This document shows, one piece after another, positions 12,354 to 28,878 of a stretch of 64,000 bases of DNA. Each line of letters begins with the position of its first letter. The first letter of the stretch is position 1. The position numbers were made by a program, and so were the translations under genes. Under the pieces are notes generated by a model. The model did no database searches and was not told the origin of the DNA. It saw only the letters and a program-made list of their open reading frames with translations. Source of the stretch: Eledone cirrhosa (Eukaryota); NCBI GenBank assembly GCA_964016885.1, contig OZ024748.1, positions 38,378,001 through 38,442,000 of the forward strand. Direction: 5' to 3'.

Positions 12354-14088
12354 TATCTATTGAAAAAGAATACGAATTCATGAACAAAGTGTGACAAAAT
12401 TGACGTCTATACAGTGCCTGAAACAAACTTGTCCAAAACCCTGGGATCTTCCTCGTTAAGTATCCACCAAAAAATAACCAAAGTGAATAGTAGCTATATT
12501 TCTGACATATCATGCCAAAAAGAACAATATTTTCAAAAAATGTTCTAAAGTACATTCAATCTCTCTTTTTGACCGAAATCTTAATAAGCAAATTATCGAT
12601 TTTTTATTAGCTGTCAGTGTTTATCTGCATGCAGGTGTGAACGTGTGCGTAATCAATTGCACTGCATGCAGATGGTCTATGACAACTAATTAAAAAATTA
12701 AAGAACAATAGCAATTTTCAAATACGCTCATAACATTTAATCGTAAACAGAACAAAAAATGCCATTAGAGGTGGGCTAATAATGGAAAAGACACAAACCC
12801 TGGTGAACTTACGTTCAAAAACCCGAAAACTTACTCACTTCCTGTGCAAAAGGCTGTGACAGTAGTGTTATGAATTAAGTAATTTTTTTAGAACCTTTTG
12901 TTTAAAAAAGGAAAAAATTGGTACGGACGTAACATTTTGTACAACTTTGTATGTGTCCAATACAACTTGGTCAAAGTATTATTTAGTAATTTTTTTTCAA
13001 AAAGCATGATTATTTAAGACTGTTTGAAAATTTACTCACCGCTTTTAGCTTTTGGCATCACAAAAGACACCATTTAATTTGGTTTCCTTTCAGATAGGGA
13101 TAATACTGTATTTGCACTTGAATAAGGGGGAATATGAAAAGTTTAATGCTAAGATGTCGACAATCCCCTAGTCCCAATGGGGATTTTTAAATTTAAGGAA
13201 AGCGAAAAATGAATTAAATTTAACTGAAATGGCATGCAAGTAGTCTAAATAAATAAGCACTAACTCACCGATAAGTAAGTGGGCAAATTCTGTAAAGGTC
13301 TGTTTAGTGAGACGGCCGGATTTATTGTTGTTCACAAAAGCGGATACACACAAAGAGAAAAAGGCGGTTCACACGTGCGTGCATACCTGTTTGTGTATCT
13401 ATCGTTGAGAAAATATACTGCTCGTGGTATAGACAGGCCGTCCAATCAATAACGCGCGTGAGTCACAGTGTGTGCGTGCTTATATGGGTATATGAAATTG
13501 ATTTTGATTGCGCCAGGTGTAAACTAAAAGTGCTTGTGTTCGAATACATACACATTAAATTTTATTGAAATCGAAAGATTTTTGAAAAAAATATGAAAAA
13601 TATTCTGTCATATATTTTGTTGACTGTACAATTATTTAAGAATTAAGAATTCTACTCAAAGAACCCTGAATATCTGTTTGTAAAGCCTTCCATTTTCCCA
13701 TAAAGAAAGGCGTAGATTTGCATATTTCCACAATATTGCGCCATTGATAATTAAACTATGAATAATTGTCTGCCCTAACTCTTAAAGGTCTCATTTAACG
13801 CATGATTTATGAGTTTTAAAATACTTTCTGAATTTTTGCAGCCTTGGAGTAACTCCTAATGAATCTATTATTGTGGTAATATCAAATTTCATTGAAATCG
13901 GACGATTTTTTAAAATATCAATTTTTGGCTTCTGGGGGTCCGATTATCGAGTTTTCGAAAATTTCAAGTAGCCTATTCCAATCTATGGGTCGAGTTTTAT
14001 ATATGTGTCAAGTTTCATGAAAATCAGGTGAACGGTGTAACATGCAAGTGCGGGACACCAAACAAACAAACAACGCCCAACTTCACTT

Positions 14089-14193
<105 letters not shown>

Positions 14194-14371
14194 ATGTATA
14201 TGTGTGTGTGAAATTTGAAAATGTGTTAGCCTGAATGTCTGATAAAATATAATTACAGATGTGTTGGTATCTGTTTCATCATATATATTACTCATATATA
14301 TTACTTTTATACACGGCTCAGGAATATTTCCTTTTGAATTAATTCCATTGTAAAAGAATTCATTACACTTA

Positions 14372-14403
<32 letters not shown>

Positions 14404-14826
14404 GACGGGCTTCTGCAATTCCTGTCTACCAATTTCAGCTGTCTACCAATTTCAGTGTATGCTGCATTGATGAACCCAAGGTTAAAGACATCTCGAATGT
14501 AGCAGAGGATTGAACATAGAACGACGGGGTTTCTGACTTCAACTACTTAACCACATACCCACGCCTGACATACAACCATGTAATCTCTTTATCAATAAAT
14601 TGTTTGGTTTTATAAATATCTAACTAACTTGATTTCGATTGCCACGCACACATACACACACACATGCATACACACACACACATAGACACACTCACATGCA
14701 TACACACACACACATATACACACTCACGTGCATACACACACACTCACATGCATACACACACACACATGCATATACACACACACATAGACACTCAAATGCA
14801 CACACACACATAGACACACTCACATG

Positions 14827-14880
<54 letters not shown>

Positions 14881-15179
14881 ATTACATCACCGTTTTACAT
14901 CTTTTTTACCATGTCTGTATATACAAGTATACAAACAAACAAACACAGACATACATAGATACACAATCATGCAAACACTCACGCACATATGCCAACACAC
15001 ACACACATATATACACACAGACACGCACATATACAAATATTACACCACACCCACACATACTTACAGAAAAATATAACAACAAAATAAATATATATATAGA
15101 TAAAAAAATAAAATTTGTTCCGGTAGCCGGAGCATAACAGGTGAATATTTAAATATAAAATAAATAAAATAGATAATAA

Positions 15180-15539
15180 TAATTGTTTCTACTTTTGGCC
15201 CAAGGCCAGCAATTACCCAGTGTATTACTGGTACTTTATTTTATCGACCCCGTAACGATGAAAGACAAAGTTAACCTCGGCGGCATTTGAACTCAGAATG
15301 GCAAGGGCCGTAACTCTATGCGTCAAAGCATGGCGTCAGACCCTCTACCGATACTGGGTGAGAGGGAAAGTCGATTAAATCGACCCCGGTGTGTTACTGG
15401 TACTTTATTTTATCGACCCCATAAGGATGAAAGGCAAAGTTAACCTCGGCGGGATTTGAACTCAGAACGTAAAGAGTCATAACTCTATGCCGCAAAGCAT
15501 GGTGTCTGATGATCTAGCGATTCTGCCAAACCACCGCCC

Positions 15540-15540
<1 letters not shown>
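15180..15540 (-). mobile_element. Two tandem tRNA-derived SINE copies
   Basis: Core GTACTTTATTTTATCGACCCC.TAA.GATGAAAG.CAAAGTTAACCTCGGCGG.ATTTGAACTCAG (B-box GAGTTCAAAT on minus), twice. Confidence 0.85.
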
Positions 15541-15601
<61 letters not shown>

Positions 15602-15770
15602 AATAAATAAATAAACTGTTCAACAAACCACACAAATATTTAAATAAAAACTTGTGAAATGAAATGTTTGGTAGTGGAGTTGTGTTGCTTTGTTGCGAAA
15701 GGTATTTAAGAAAGGTGCTCGTTATATTCAGAATTATCAAACGGACAAAATGGCGGCTGTACAATAAGAA

Positions 15771-15802
<32 letters not shown>

Positions 15803-15842
15803 GTATATATATATGTGTGTGTGTGTGTGCGCGCGCGAGCGC

Positions 15843-15879
<37 letters not shown>

Positions 15880-16073
15880 TGAGCATGTATGTAAGTATGT
15901 ACGTATAAGATAAAGTTAAAAAATAAAATAAAAATTTAAGTATTGGTTCTCTCACCTCACTCTCTCCCTCTCTCTTACTCACTCTCTTCCTCTTTCACAC
16001 TCTCTCCGGCTCTTTCACTCTATCCCTACCTCACTCACTCTCACTCTCTCTCCAAACCTTCTGTGTTTGTAAA

Positions 16074-16136
<63 letters not shown>

Positions 16137-16329
16137 GTGTGTGTGTCTTTGCTAACACTTTACAAATGCACGCACAAATAATCATCAAACTCTAAACATT
16201 TCCTCATATTCACATATATCTTCACAGCAAATATTTCTCTACCAGAGATTACAGAGCGGAGATATCATTAAAAGGTGCGTATATATTTGCATGCATATTT
16301 TTATTATTATTATTATTGTTATTGTTATT

Positions 16330-19300
16330 CCTTGAATCTCAGTCATTGATGTTGGTTAACTGGAAAGTCCGTTGGATTGAATATCAAGCCACTACCTGCA
16401 GCCTCAGATATTCAGGACGTATCGGAGGGTTCTTGCCGTTCCAAGCAAGCATGCCTTTTGAAGCGTTCCAAAATGCGTGAAGGGGCCGATTTTCTTTAAC
16501 CATCCCTGGAAACCTTTGGAGATAGTCCCCAGTGCGCCTATGACAATCGGGATCACTTTGACTTCATGGCAGTTCCAAATCCTTTTCACCTCCCACTTTA
16601 GGTCCTGGTATCGGTTAATTTTCTCCCTCTCCTTCTCTTGCACTCTCGTGTCGAACGGGCAGGCCACATCCACAATCAGGCACGATCTTTTTTCTTTGTC
16701 CACAACCACCAGGTCAGGTCTATTGTGTTCCAGTTTTTTGTCCGTCTGTATCCTAAAATCCCACAGCACCTTCACCTGACTGTTCTCCATCACCGCCTCT
16801 GGCCTATGCTCATACCATTTCTCAGAATGTGGTAGATTGTTTACTTTGCACAGGTGCCAGTGGATCACCCTGCCCATCACATCGTGTCTCCAGCCCTTAT
16901 AGTGGGTCTGGGCTAGGTGTTTACACTCGGACACAATGTGAGCCACAGTCTCCTCTCTCTCTCCACAGATCCTGCACAGTGGGCTAGCCTCCTCCTTGTA
17001 GATATGGTGCTTCAACCACTTCGTTTTGAGGGCCTGCTCCTGCGCAGCCATTAGCATTCCTTCTGTAGCCTTTTTGAGGTCTCCTCTTCTCAACCAGTTC
17101 CATGTCTGTGGATCTCTAAATTCAGTTTTCTCAAAGAAGGTACTATGAAGGGATTTTCCCTTAAGGCTGCTCTTCCTCCTTGATGTTATTTCCTCCTTGG
17201 GTATCCCCTGGCCTACTCTCCCCTCCTTCAGTACAGCTCTGAGCATTGGCTCCTTACTATAGGTCACGTATTTGTATAGGTTGTTTTTCTCCATCTGAAC
17301 ACAGTCCTCTATGCTGATAAGACCTCTTCCACCCTCAGATCTCCTTAGGTAGAGTCTATCGACATCACTCCTCTTGTGGAACATGTTGTAGATAGTCAAT
17401 AGCTTCCTAGTCTTCCTATCCATTTCTTTTTGTTCAGCAACATTCCATCTCAGAATTCCCGCACTGTACCTAATAATAGACACAGCTCGGGAATTTACTG
17501 CGCTTATGGCATTTCTGCTGTTCAGATGTGACTTCAATACGCTCCTTACTCTCCGAATGTATTCAGTTCTTAACAATTCCTTCATTTTTTTGTTCTTTAT
17601 GCCATCAGCCTCCAGAACGCCCAAATACTTGTATCCTTCCTCAGAGTCAATTTCCTTTATCATCTCACCTGTTGGTATCTGGATCCCGTTACTTCTGCTC
17701 AACCTACCCCTCCTCATCACAATGACTCCACATTTACCAATACCAAACTGCATACATATATCACTGCTGAAAATACGGACAGTGTCAACAAGCACATCCA
17801 ACTCCTTCTCACTTTTCCCGAAGAGCTTAAGATCGTCCATGAAGAGGAGGTGATTGATGGTAAGCTCTCCCCTTCCCAACTTGTATCCTGCTCTCACTTT
17901 TCGCAGCATAATGGTCAAGGGCATCAGGGCAAGGACAAACAACAGAGGGGACAGGCTATCTCCCTGGAAGATACCTCTCTTGATCTTCACGCTTCCCAAG
18001 GATACTCCAGTTGATGTCAACTCTGTCTCCCAGGACCCCATACTCCTGCCCAGCAACTCTCTGATGTTATCTGCCACCCTGAAGATCTCCAGGCTTTTGG
18101 TGATCCAGGAATGAGGCACCATGTCAAATGCCTTTCTGTAGTCTATCCATCCCATGGCAAGATCAGTGTGTCTCCTCCTGCAATTCCCCATTACCATCTT
18201 ATCAATAAGCAACTGGTCCTTTGTACCACGTGACTTCTTTCGGCATCCTTTCTGTTCGTCCGGCAACAAGTTGTTTGTGTGGAGGTGATGGTAGATTTCC
18301 TCAGACACAATGCTCGTCAACAGTTTCCACATTACGGGCAGACATGTGATAGGTCTATAGTTGGTAACATCATTACCCTTGATTCGGTCTTTCATTATCA
18401 GAACTGTGGTACCTTTTGTCAACCACTCTGGCACCTCACCCGACACCAAGCAGTCATTGAACATGGCCGTCAGCTTCGGGTGGAGGGATGTTAAATGTTT
18501 AATCCAATACCCCTGCACACCATCTGGGCCTGGTGATTTCCAGTTGGTTAGTTTTTTGGCTTGCCCCTTAAGAGTTTCAACTGTGATACTCAAATCAGTC
18601 TGTTGCTGTGCCTGCTCACCGATCTCCCTCTGTACTGTCTCAATCCACCCTGCCTGGGCATTGTGTCTAACATCCTGCTCCCATATTCCTCTCCAGAATG
18701 TTTTAGCTTGTTCCGCCCCAGGGATCAAGTCGGTGCCTCTTTCTTTCCCCTCAAGCTGTCCAAACAGCATCTTCTGGTTGTTGTCGAACATGCGGTTCTG
18801 TTTATACTGACTGACTCTGTTCTCGTATCGCCTGATTTTGGCACTCTTTGCTACAATGCGTTGCTTCAATTCCTCTATGATAATATTTAGCTTTTTACTC
18901 CTAGTTTTGTATTTTATTTCCAGTCTATTTTTAGTGCCTATGTTTTTTAGTGTCCCATTCAGTAGTGACTCAAGCTTTCCTATGTCATTTCTCATTTCCC
19001 CGATTTGCCCACTCAGTCGCTTCTTCCACCACGGCTCTGCTCTTTCTTGTCTGTTGTTTCCTCTCGCTTTTATACCAAGTAGTTTCCTCACCGTATTTGC
19101 TGTTGCTTTGAGGATATTGTTGCACTGGTGAAGACTCCTCGCCTCAAGGTATGGGATGACTTTGTTTACCTTAGCTGTTGTTTCTTTTAACTTTTTCCTG
19201 TCTACAAATCTTAGGTTCATAGGTCTCCCACTATCATTGTTCAACTCATCTACCACTAAATTTAGGATGTCAACCGAATCTTGTCCTAGCCCGTCAGCAT

Positions 19301-20840
19301 TCATCTCCTCAGTGGCCGTATCTCTGTTCCAGGTATTATTTATCTCAGTATTCAGATCATTGTCTGCTTCGGGTGGTTCCTCCGCTCTCAGGACCTCCTC
19401 ACCTTCATTTCCCGCCGGCTCGCTTGTCTGGCATACTACACCCGCCATCTCCAAGCCATTCTCTCTGCTCAGTTCCTCCAGTTCCAGCTCGCTTATCCAC
19501 CCATTAGTTCTTATTACCCGAGCCTGCCCGGCCAATTTTTGTTCATCTAATTTAAATAAACCAATCTCGTTCCAGATGTTATGCATCCGTCTCCTGTAGC
19601 CCCTCTCCTTGGGGTTACTTTTCAGGTAGCATTGCATAACAGTTCTATTCAATTCTTTCGTCCAGTTGGTTCTGGCCCCTTTCCTTCTTCTTCTTCCTCC
19701 AACATCAGCAGTATTTCGTTGACAGTCAGGTTCCTGCTGCTGAGCCAGGGGGCACCTGTTGGGTGAGAGTCTGTCACATGACGTTCTAGTCTCCATTTCA
19801 CCGTTATTCGAACTGTTTATGTTCGATATTTAAACACTCTTATCGAGGATTGGCGAATGTATGTTTACATAGCCATCTGTGGATCCGCCATCCCACTTGG
19901 CCCTTGTGTGGCATTATCACCACGCTGTATACGGACACACATAAACAAACAAACACACGGGCAGAAAGGGCCCCAAAAATGAATAAGCATAAGTTTCATT
20001 GTAATGTAGTATTCGAATGTCTGACTTAGTTTTTGTTTTTTAAGTTTTACTTTTTCCCCCCTCTTCTCTGTCCGTCCGCCTGCCTCTCTCTTCATTCTTA
20101 TTTTCTTTACGTTTTGGGGGTTTCTTTTTTTGTTTTTGTTTTTCTCTGTTTTTCTCGTTTTTTACTGTTGTTGCTGTGCTGCTTTTGTTGTTTATTTTTT
20201 CTTTTTTCTTTTGAGTCTATCTATATATTTTGATGCCTTCCTCTTTTTTAGCAGTAGGGATTCTATAATGTGGTGGCAGCAGCCAGCTAAAAGAAGAAGT
20301 GGGAGACTGGCGGCGGTAGCGATACTGAGACAGTGGTGGTGGTGATGTCGATACCGAGGCAGTGGTGGCGGTGATGTGACCGTATTACTGTAGCGATGGT
20401 GCTGTAGCGGTGGCAGCAGTGAAGGAGTGAAGGGGTGGTGGCGGCGGTGATGGGATAATGGTTGTAATGATGGCCGTAGTGATCGGTGGTGGTTTAGTGT
20501 ACACAGGTGATAGGGTGGGTGGTGTATCTAGTTTCTGGTGTTGGTGAGTTTGGCTGTTCTATATAGTGTATACAGAGGAGGAGGGGGGGGGGGGGTTCTT
20601 CTTCCATTTATAGCCATTTTCTTTTTTGGATATACAGTGTACAATACAAAGTTGAATATTTGAATATTTGAGCCTTATAACAATATATTTTGGGTCCGAA
20701 TTTTTTGGGGCTCAAGCCGGGTGCTTTACGTAGCATTTGTACTAAGAGTTGTTATTTCACAAATGGTTTAAATATGTTAAAAATTCAAAACTTACGGGAG
20801 CGATTTCATGACCTCCGTCACCTCGTGCGTCTTCTTCCCT
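16330..20840 (-). mobile_element. Apparently full-length R4/Dong-clade non-LTR retrotransposon
   Basis: Single RT+REL ORF, short 3' UTR ending in (TAA)n at ~16300-16330, ~1-kb 5' region bounded by (TTA)n at ~20845; 5' limit inferred. Confidence 0.8.
16404..19796 (-). CDS. Reverse transcriptase plus restriction-like endonuclease, 1130 aa
   Basis: KSPGPDG, YRPITCL, DYRKAFDMVPH, GIFQGDSLSPLLF, LFMDD; CCHC knuckle CRIC...HIVSEC, RHD, RPDLVVVD...IVDVACP; no APE domain; uninterrupted. Confidence 0.95.
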   Translation of the reverse strand: METRTSCDRLSPNRCPLAQQQEPDCQRNTADVGGRRRRKGARTNWTKELNRTVMQCYLKSNPKERGYRRRMHNIWNEIGLFKLDEQKLAGQARVIRTNGWISELELEELSRENGLEMAGVVCQTSEPAGNEGEEVLRAEEPPEADNDLNTEINNTWNRDTATEEMNADGLGQDSVDILNLVVDELNNDSGRPMNLRFVDRKKLKETTAKVNKVIPYLEARSLHQCNNILKATANTVRKLLGIKARGNNRQERAEPWWKKRLSGQIGEMRNDIGKLESLLNGTLKNIGTKNRLEIKYKTRSKKLNIIIEELKQRIVAKSAKIRRYENRVSQYKQNRMFDNNQKMLFGQLEGKERGTDLIPGAEQAKTFWRGIWEQDVRHNAQAGWIETVQREIGEQAQQQTDLSITVETLKGQAKKLTNWKSPGPDGVQGYWIKHLTSLHPKLTAMFNDCLVSGEVPEWLTKGTTVLIMKDRIKGNDVTNYRPITCLPVMWKLLTSIVSEEIYHHLHTNNLLPDEQKGCRKKSRGTKDQLLIDKMVMGNCRRRHTDLAMGWIDYRKAFDMVPHSWITKSLEIFRVADNIRELLGRSMGSWETELTSTGVSLGSVKIKRGIFQGDSLSPLLFVLALMPLTIMLRKVRAGYKLGRGELTINHLLFMDDLKLFGKSEKELDVLVDTVRIFSSDICMQFGIGKCGVIVMRRGRLSRSNGIQIPTGEMIKEIDSEEGYKYLGVLEADGIKNKKMKELLRTEYIRRVRSVLKSHLNSRNAISAVNSRAVSIIRYSAGILRWNVAEQKEMDRKTRKLLTIYNMFHKRSDVDRLYLRRSEGGRGLISIEDCVQMEKNNLYKYVTYSKEPMLRAVLKEGRVGQGIPKEEITSRRKSSLKGKSLHSTFFEKTEFRDPQTWNWLRRGDLKKATEGMLMAAQEQALKTKWLKHHIYKEEASPLCRICGEREETVAHIVSECKHLAQTHYKGWRHDVMGRVIHWHLCKVNNLPHSEKWYEHRPEAVMENSQVKVLWDFRIQTDKKLEHNRPDLVVVDKEKRSCLIVDVACPFDTRVQEKEREKINRYQDLKWEVKRIWNCHEVKVIPIVIGALGTISKGFQGWLKKIGPFTHFGTLQKACLLGTARTLRYVLNI

Positions 20841-20842
20841 TA

Positions 20843-20897
<55 letters not shown>

Positions 20898-20898
20898 C

Positions 20899-21030
20899 GG
20901 AGTTCAAATCCCGCCGAGGTTAACTTTGCCTTTCATCCTTACGGAGTCGATAAAATAAAGTACCAGTAATGCACTGGGTAATTGCTGGTAATTGCTGGCC
21001 TTGTGCCAAAAGTAGAAACAATTATTATTA
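20899..21030 (+). mobile_element. SINE fragment
   Basis: GAGTTCAAATCCCGCCGAGGTTAACTTTGCCTTTCATCC core with TTA tail. Confidence 0.8.
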
Positions 21031-21039
21031 TTATTATTA

Positions 21040-21330
21040 TGTGGCGGGAATGACCATGCGCCTATAGGCTAGCTAATTTGAGGAGGAGAGAGGTGCTCTC
21101 CCCGGGTGCCCTAGAATCAGGGTGGGGTACCTGAGTCACCCCTGGGTCGTACACCCCCTATCGGGGAATTTATTTTGTTATAGCTTATTTTATATATTTT
21201 TTATATTTTCATTGTTAAATTAGTCTTGCCATTGTGCACTTTTACTCGACCTTATTGTAAACCCCCCCACTGTCCCTGTCTTAGTATTGTCCCCGACATG
21301 TCGGCCCTTGTGGCCAATAAATGAAACTTA
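21040..21330 (+). mobile_element. Probable LINE 3' UTR fragment
   Basis: Ends GTGGCCAATAAATGAAAC; similar ends on the minus strand at ~36776 and ~44815. Confidence 0.35.
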
Positions 21331-21344
21331 TTACTATTATTATG

Positions 21345-21695
21345 AATTTGGTATCTCAGTCATTGATGTTATTTAACCGGAAAATATGTCCAAATGACCA
21401 TATGAGGCCGCTACCAGCAGCCTCAGATATCCAGGACGTATTGGAGGGTCCTTCCGATCCCGGTGGGCATGCCTTCTGAAGTGTTCCAATAAAAGGGGCT
21501 GGGCTAATGTTTTTTAACCAGTCTTGGGAACTCTTCGAGATAGTATCTAATGTGTCTATGATGATGGTGACAAACTCGATCTCACGACAGTCCCAAATTC
21601 TTTACAGTTCCCACTTTAAATCCTGATACCAATTAATTATCTCCCTCTTTTCTTGCACTCTAGTGTCAAAGGGGAAAGCTACATCTATAATCATA
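21345..21695 (-). mobile_element. 5'-truncated diverged R4/Dong copy (REL end and 3' UTR)
   Basis: Shares TCTCAGTCATTGATGTT...GCAGCCTCAGATAT.CAGGACGTA with 16336-16425; TTA flank. Confidence 0.85.
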
Positions 21696-21704
21696 TTATA
21701 TTAT

Positions 21705-21962
21705 GTCGATAAAATAAAGTACCAGTAATGCACTGGGTAATTGCTGGCCTTGTGCCTAAAGTAGAAACAATTATTAAGGAGTGGCAGTATCGGTAGAGGG
21801 TCGGACGCCATGCTTTGACGCATAGAGTTACGGCCCTGGCCATTCTGAGTTCAAATTCCGCCGAGGTTAACTTTGCCTTTCATCCTTACGGGGTCGATAA
21901 AATAAAGTACCAGTAATACACTGGGATAGTTGCTGGCCTTGTGCCTAAAGTAGAAACAATTA
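21705..21962 (+). mobile_element. SINE, one partial and one near-complete copy
   Basis: GTGGCAGTATCGGTAGAG A-box-like head, GAGTTCAAAT B-box, shared core, GTAGAAACAATTA tail. Confidence 0.85.
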
Positions 21963-22010
21963 TATTATTAAACATATGCACGTAAAAGAAAATATTTTAC
22001 AAAACCACTT

Positions 22011-22090
<80 letters not shown>

Positions 22091-22334
22091 CATACATACC
22101 CATATACACATTCGTATATACATATATACACAGATATCCATATACATTCATATATATATATATATATATAAACATGAATTAACAAGATTTTACTAAAGTT
22201 TGGTTTGTAACTTAATCCAAGTTCTTTTGATTGTCTATTGTCTAACTCTTTAACTCCAGTAATTAAAAATTGTATGTGTATATATATATATATACATGCA
22301 ATATATATATGCACATACACATGCTATATATATA

Positions 22335-23380
<1,046 letters not shown>

Positions 23381-23384
23381 ATAT

Positions 23385-23442
<58 letters not shown>

Positions 23443-23980
23443 GAATTTGAAAATTCTATTGGAATCTCTAAGGAGATGTAATTACAATATCTTTCTCGTG
23501 TTTTTATTCTTTTTAAGTTAATGTAAATAAATCTTCTTAAAAACTCCTATGAAGTGTATTAGAAATTCAAAAGAACAAGAGTAAAATATCTTTGGAATAC
23601 TCAACCAATTTTACAAACAAGCTGTTGTTCCCTTCATTGAACAACTGGAATGCGCATCGTCGAAACCGACGGAGACCCATTCCATTAGAGTTACAACAAT
23701 TGGGGATTGTCTCGTAGCAGACAATCAGCTATGGCTGTAGAAGAGGAGCATCAATGGAATAGTTAATCTGTACATATTTGTGAGAGGTTCCGGAAAAGGG
23801 AAGCTAATGGCGTTAGGATCGTCTGAATCGGAAGTTTACTAAAACTGAACATCATTTTGAGACATGATCAGGGAAAGAAGGAATGTGACACAACCGGATC
23901 TGTCTTAGGTGGAGGCGGAAATATGGACGATACTTTATCTCCTGCATGCAGTTATCTGGCTAAGTACAACACACACACTT

Positions 23981-24020
<40 letters not shown>

Positions 24021-24230
24021 GTACATTCATACACATACATAGATGCATGCATATACCTACACACAAACAAGCATATACATTCATACATATATACACACAT
24101 ATGCTTATACAAACATGCACACATATACATGCAGGTACATACATATATATACACACACACTCACACACGTACATACTCGAATACACACATACATACACAC
24201 TATATATAAGTTTACATGTGTGTGTATATA

Positions 24231-24262
<32 letters not shown>

Positions 24263-24278
24263 AGTTTACATGTGTGTG

Positions 24279-24368
<90 letters not shown>

Positions 24369-24475
24369 CAAGATGTATGGTAGGTCGTACGTAAATCGTG
24401 ATGATCACGCCTGACCTACCAAATATGCGACGGTAGCTAGTTAAGCTCTATGCGTATAAGCAGAGCAGAAATAAT

Positions 24476-27317
<2,842 letters not shown>

Positions 27318-27330
27318 ATATATATATAGT

Positions 27331-27414
<84 letters not shown>

Positions 27415-27652
27415 CAGGGGCGTTGGAAGCATTTCTGAAATGGAGAGTGGTGGCAAATTTGGACAATTTGGTTGTAGTGATTAGTTTAACTCTTTCACAG
27501 TAAAATGTGCAGAAAACTTCGATATAAGATAAACATAACATGTTGATAAATTGTAGCACATATCCTGATAGATGTGTGTTTTGATAGTTTGGGGAGAACA
27601 CATTATTATTGGGGGTGACATGCCCCCCCCCCCCTCAGTTCCACTGACACTG
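27415..27652. mobile_element. Possible MITE
   Basis: CAGGGGCGTTGGAA ... TTCCACTGACACTG imperfect terminal repeats, TA-flanked. Confidence 0.35.
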
Positions 27653-27703
27653 TATATATATGAACAAATAAAATTATGCTCTGTGCCCATTGTTAAGGGG
27701 TTA

Positions 27704-27765
27704 ATATATCGAGCTTCTTCGCATTTGTTAAGAAACTGGTATTATACCCAATTTATTCATATATA

Positions 27766-27812
<47 letters not shown>

Positions 27813-28036
27813 TAATTGGGTACAATACCAGTTTCTTAACAAATGAGAAGCTCGATATATATAGGAAAAGAGTCAGAACCCCGACGGCAGAGCTCAAGCC
27901 ATTTCGACAGCTATTTCTGAACTCAGCGCCGTCGGGGTTCTGACTCTTTTCCTATTACCCACCACTCTACTACCCAAAGTATCGAGTACTCTGGTGCGTT
28001 ATGGTCCATCTGGTTCCTTACTACACTTCCTTCATT
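27704..28036. mobile_element. Two small fold-back modules (27704-27863; 27862-28036), PLE-tail-like
   Basis: Inverted arms around (TG)n; GAGTCAGAACCCCGACGGC/GCCGTCGGGGTTCTGACTC hairpin; tail homologous to 30946-31105 and 45811-45907. Confidence 0.6.
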
Positions 28037-28339
28037 ATGTGTGTATATATATATATATAAAATTATGTATGTATATATATGGATGGATGAATGGGTGTGA
28101 TGTATGTATGTGTGTGTGTATAAACAGATAGATAGACAGGTAGATGTAAAGTGGGGCATATTGAATGCTACACAACATAAATTCTTTAGATGGGTTAGAT
28201 GAAGAAGACGCTGGAGTGATACTAAACGATTTACGAGAATTGATTATGATCCTTATGTAAAGACAAGGGTAATTTTTATTTCTCTTCGCAAATACGAAAC
28301 AAGATATAAACATATTTTGTCCTAGTTGAGCCTTCTTCT

Positions 28340-28660
28340 TCGCCCACTTATTTCTGAGAGGGTTCTGGGCTCAGAGAACTTAAACACTCCTTCCAGCGGC
28401 CCCTGTTAGAAGCAACTGTCTCCAACTAATCCGGTTGGATCCCCAAGCGAGACCAGCCAAGCTCATGGATGATGTCCAACCATCTTTCTCAGGATCTACC
28501 ACTGAGTCTCCTCCCGGATGGTTTGACCCGTAACATCTGTCCAGCCATTCTATCCTGAGACATTCTAACCACAACCCCATAGTATCAGAGCTGTGGTCTG
28601 TCAGTTCGGAGAAGTAGTGGCTCTACCTGGAGTGATTCTCCGATCTCCGAGCTTCCTATG
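28340..28660 (-). mobile_element. Decayed RTE-type LINE 3' fragment
   Basis: Minus translation YYGVVVRMSQDRMAGQML...PSGRR.SGRS..RWLDII...NRGRWK, with stops. Confidence 0.6.
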
Positions 28661-28878
28661 AACATATTTTTTCCGAGTTGAGTCAGTAATTGAATTGTTA
28701 CTTACAGACAAAGAGTTTGGTGTATATGTACATTTTTAGCACAATATATATAGTAGATAGAGGAGGGGGAGATAAAAAGAAAGTAGAGACATTTTAGGTT
28801 AATAACCTCGTATTTGTTGACTTCATAGTTTCTTATGGTTGTATATTATTTCAGATCCCTACCGACATAGGTTCAACT

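Noticed and set aside
16477-19766. Plus-strand ORFs overlapping the R4 ORF (likewise 57645-59426 over RTE)
   Set aside because: Antisense shadows of a long coding frame with no recognisable motifs
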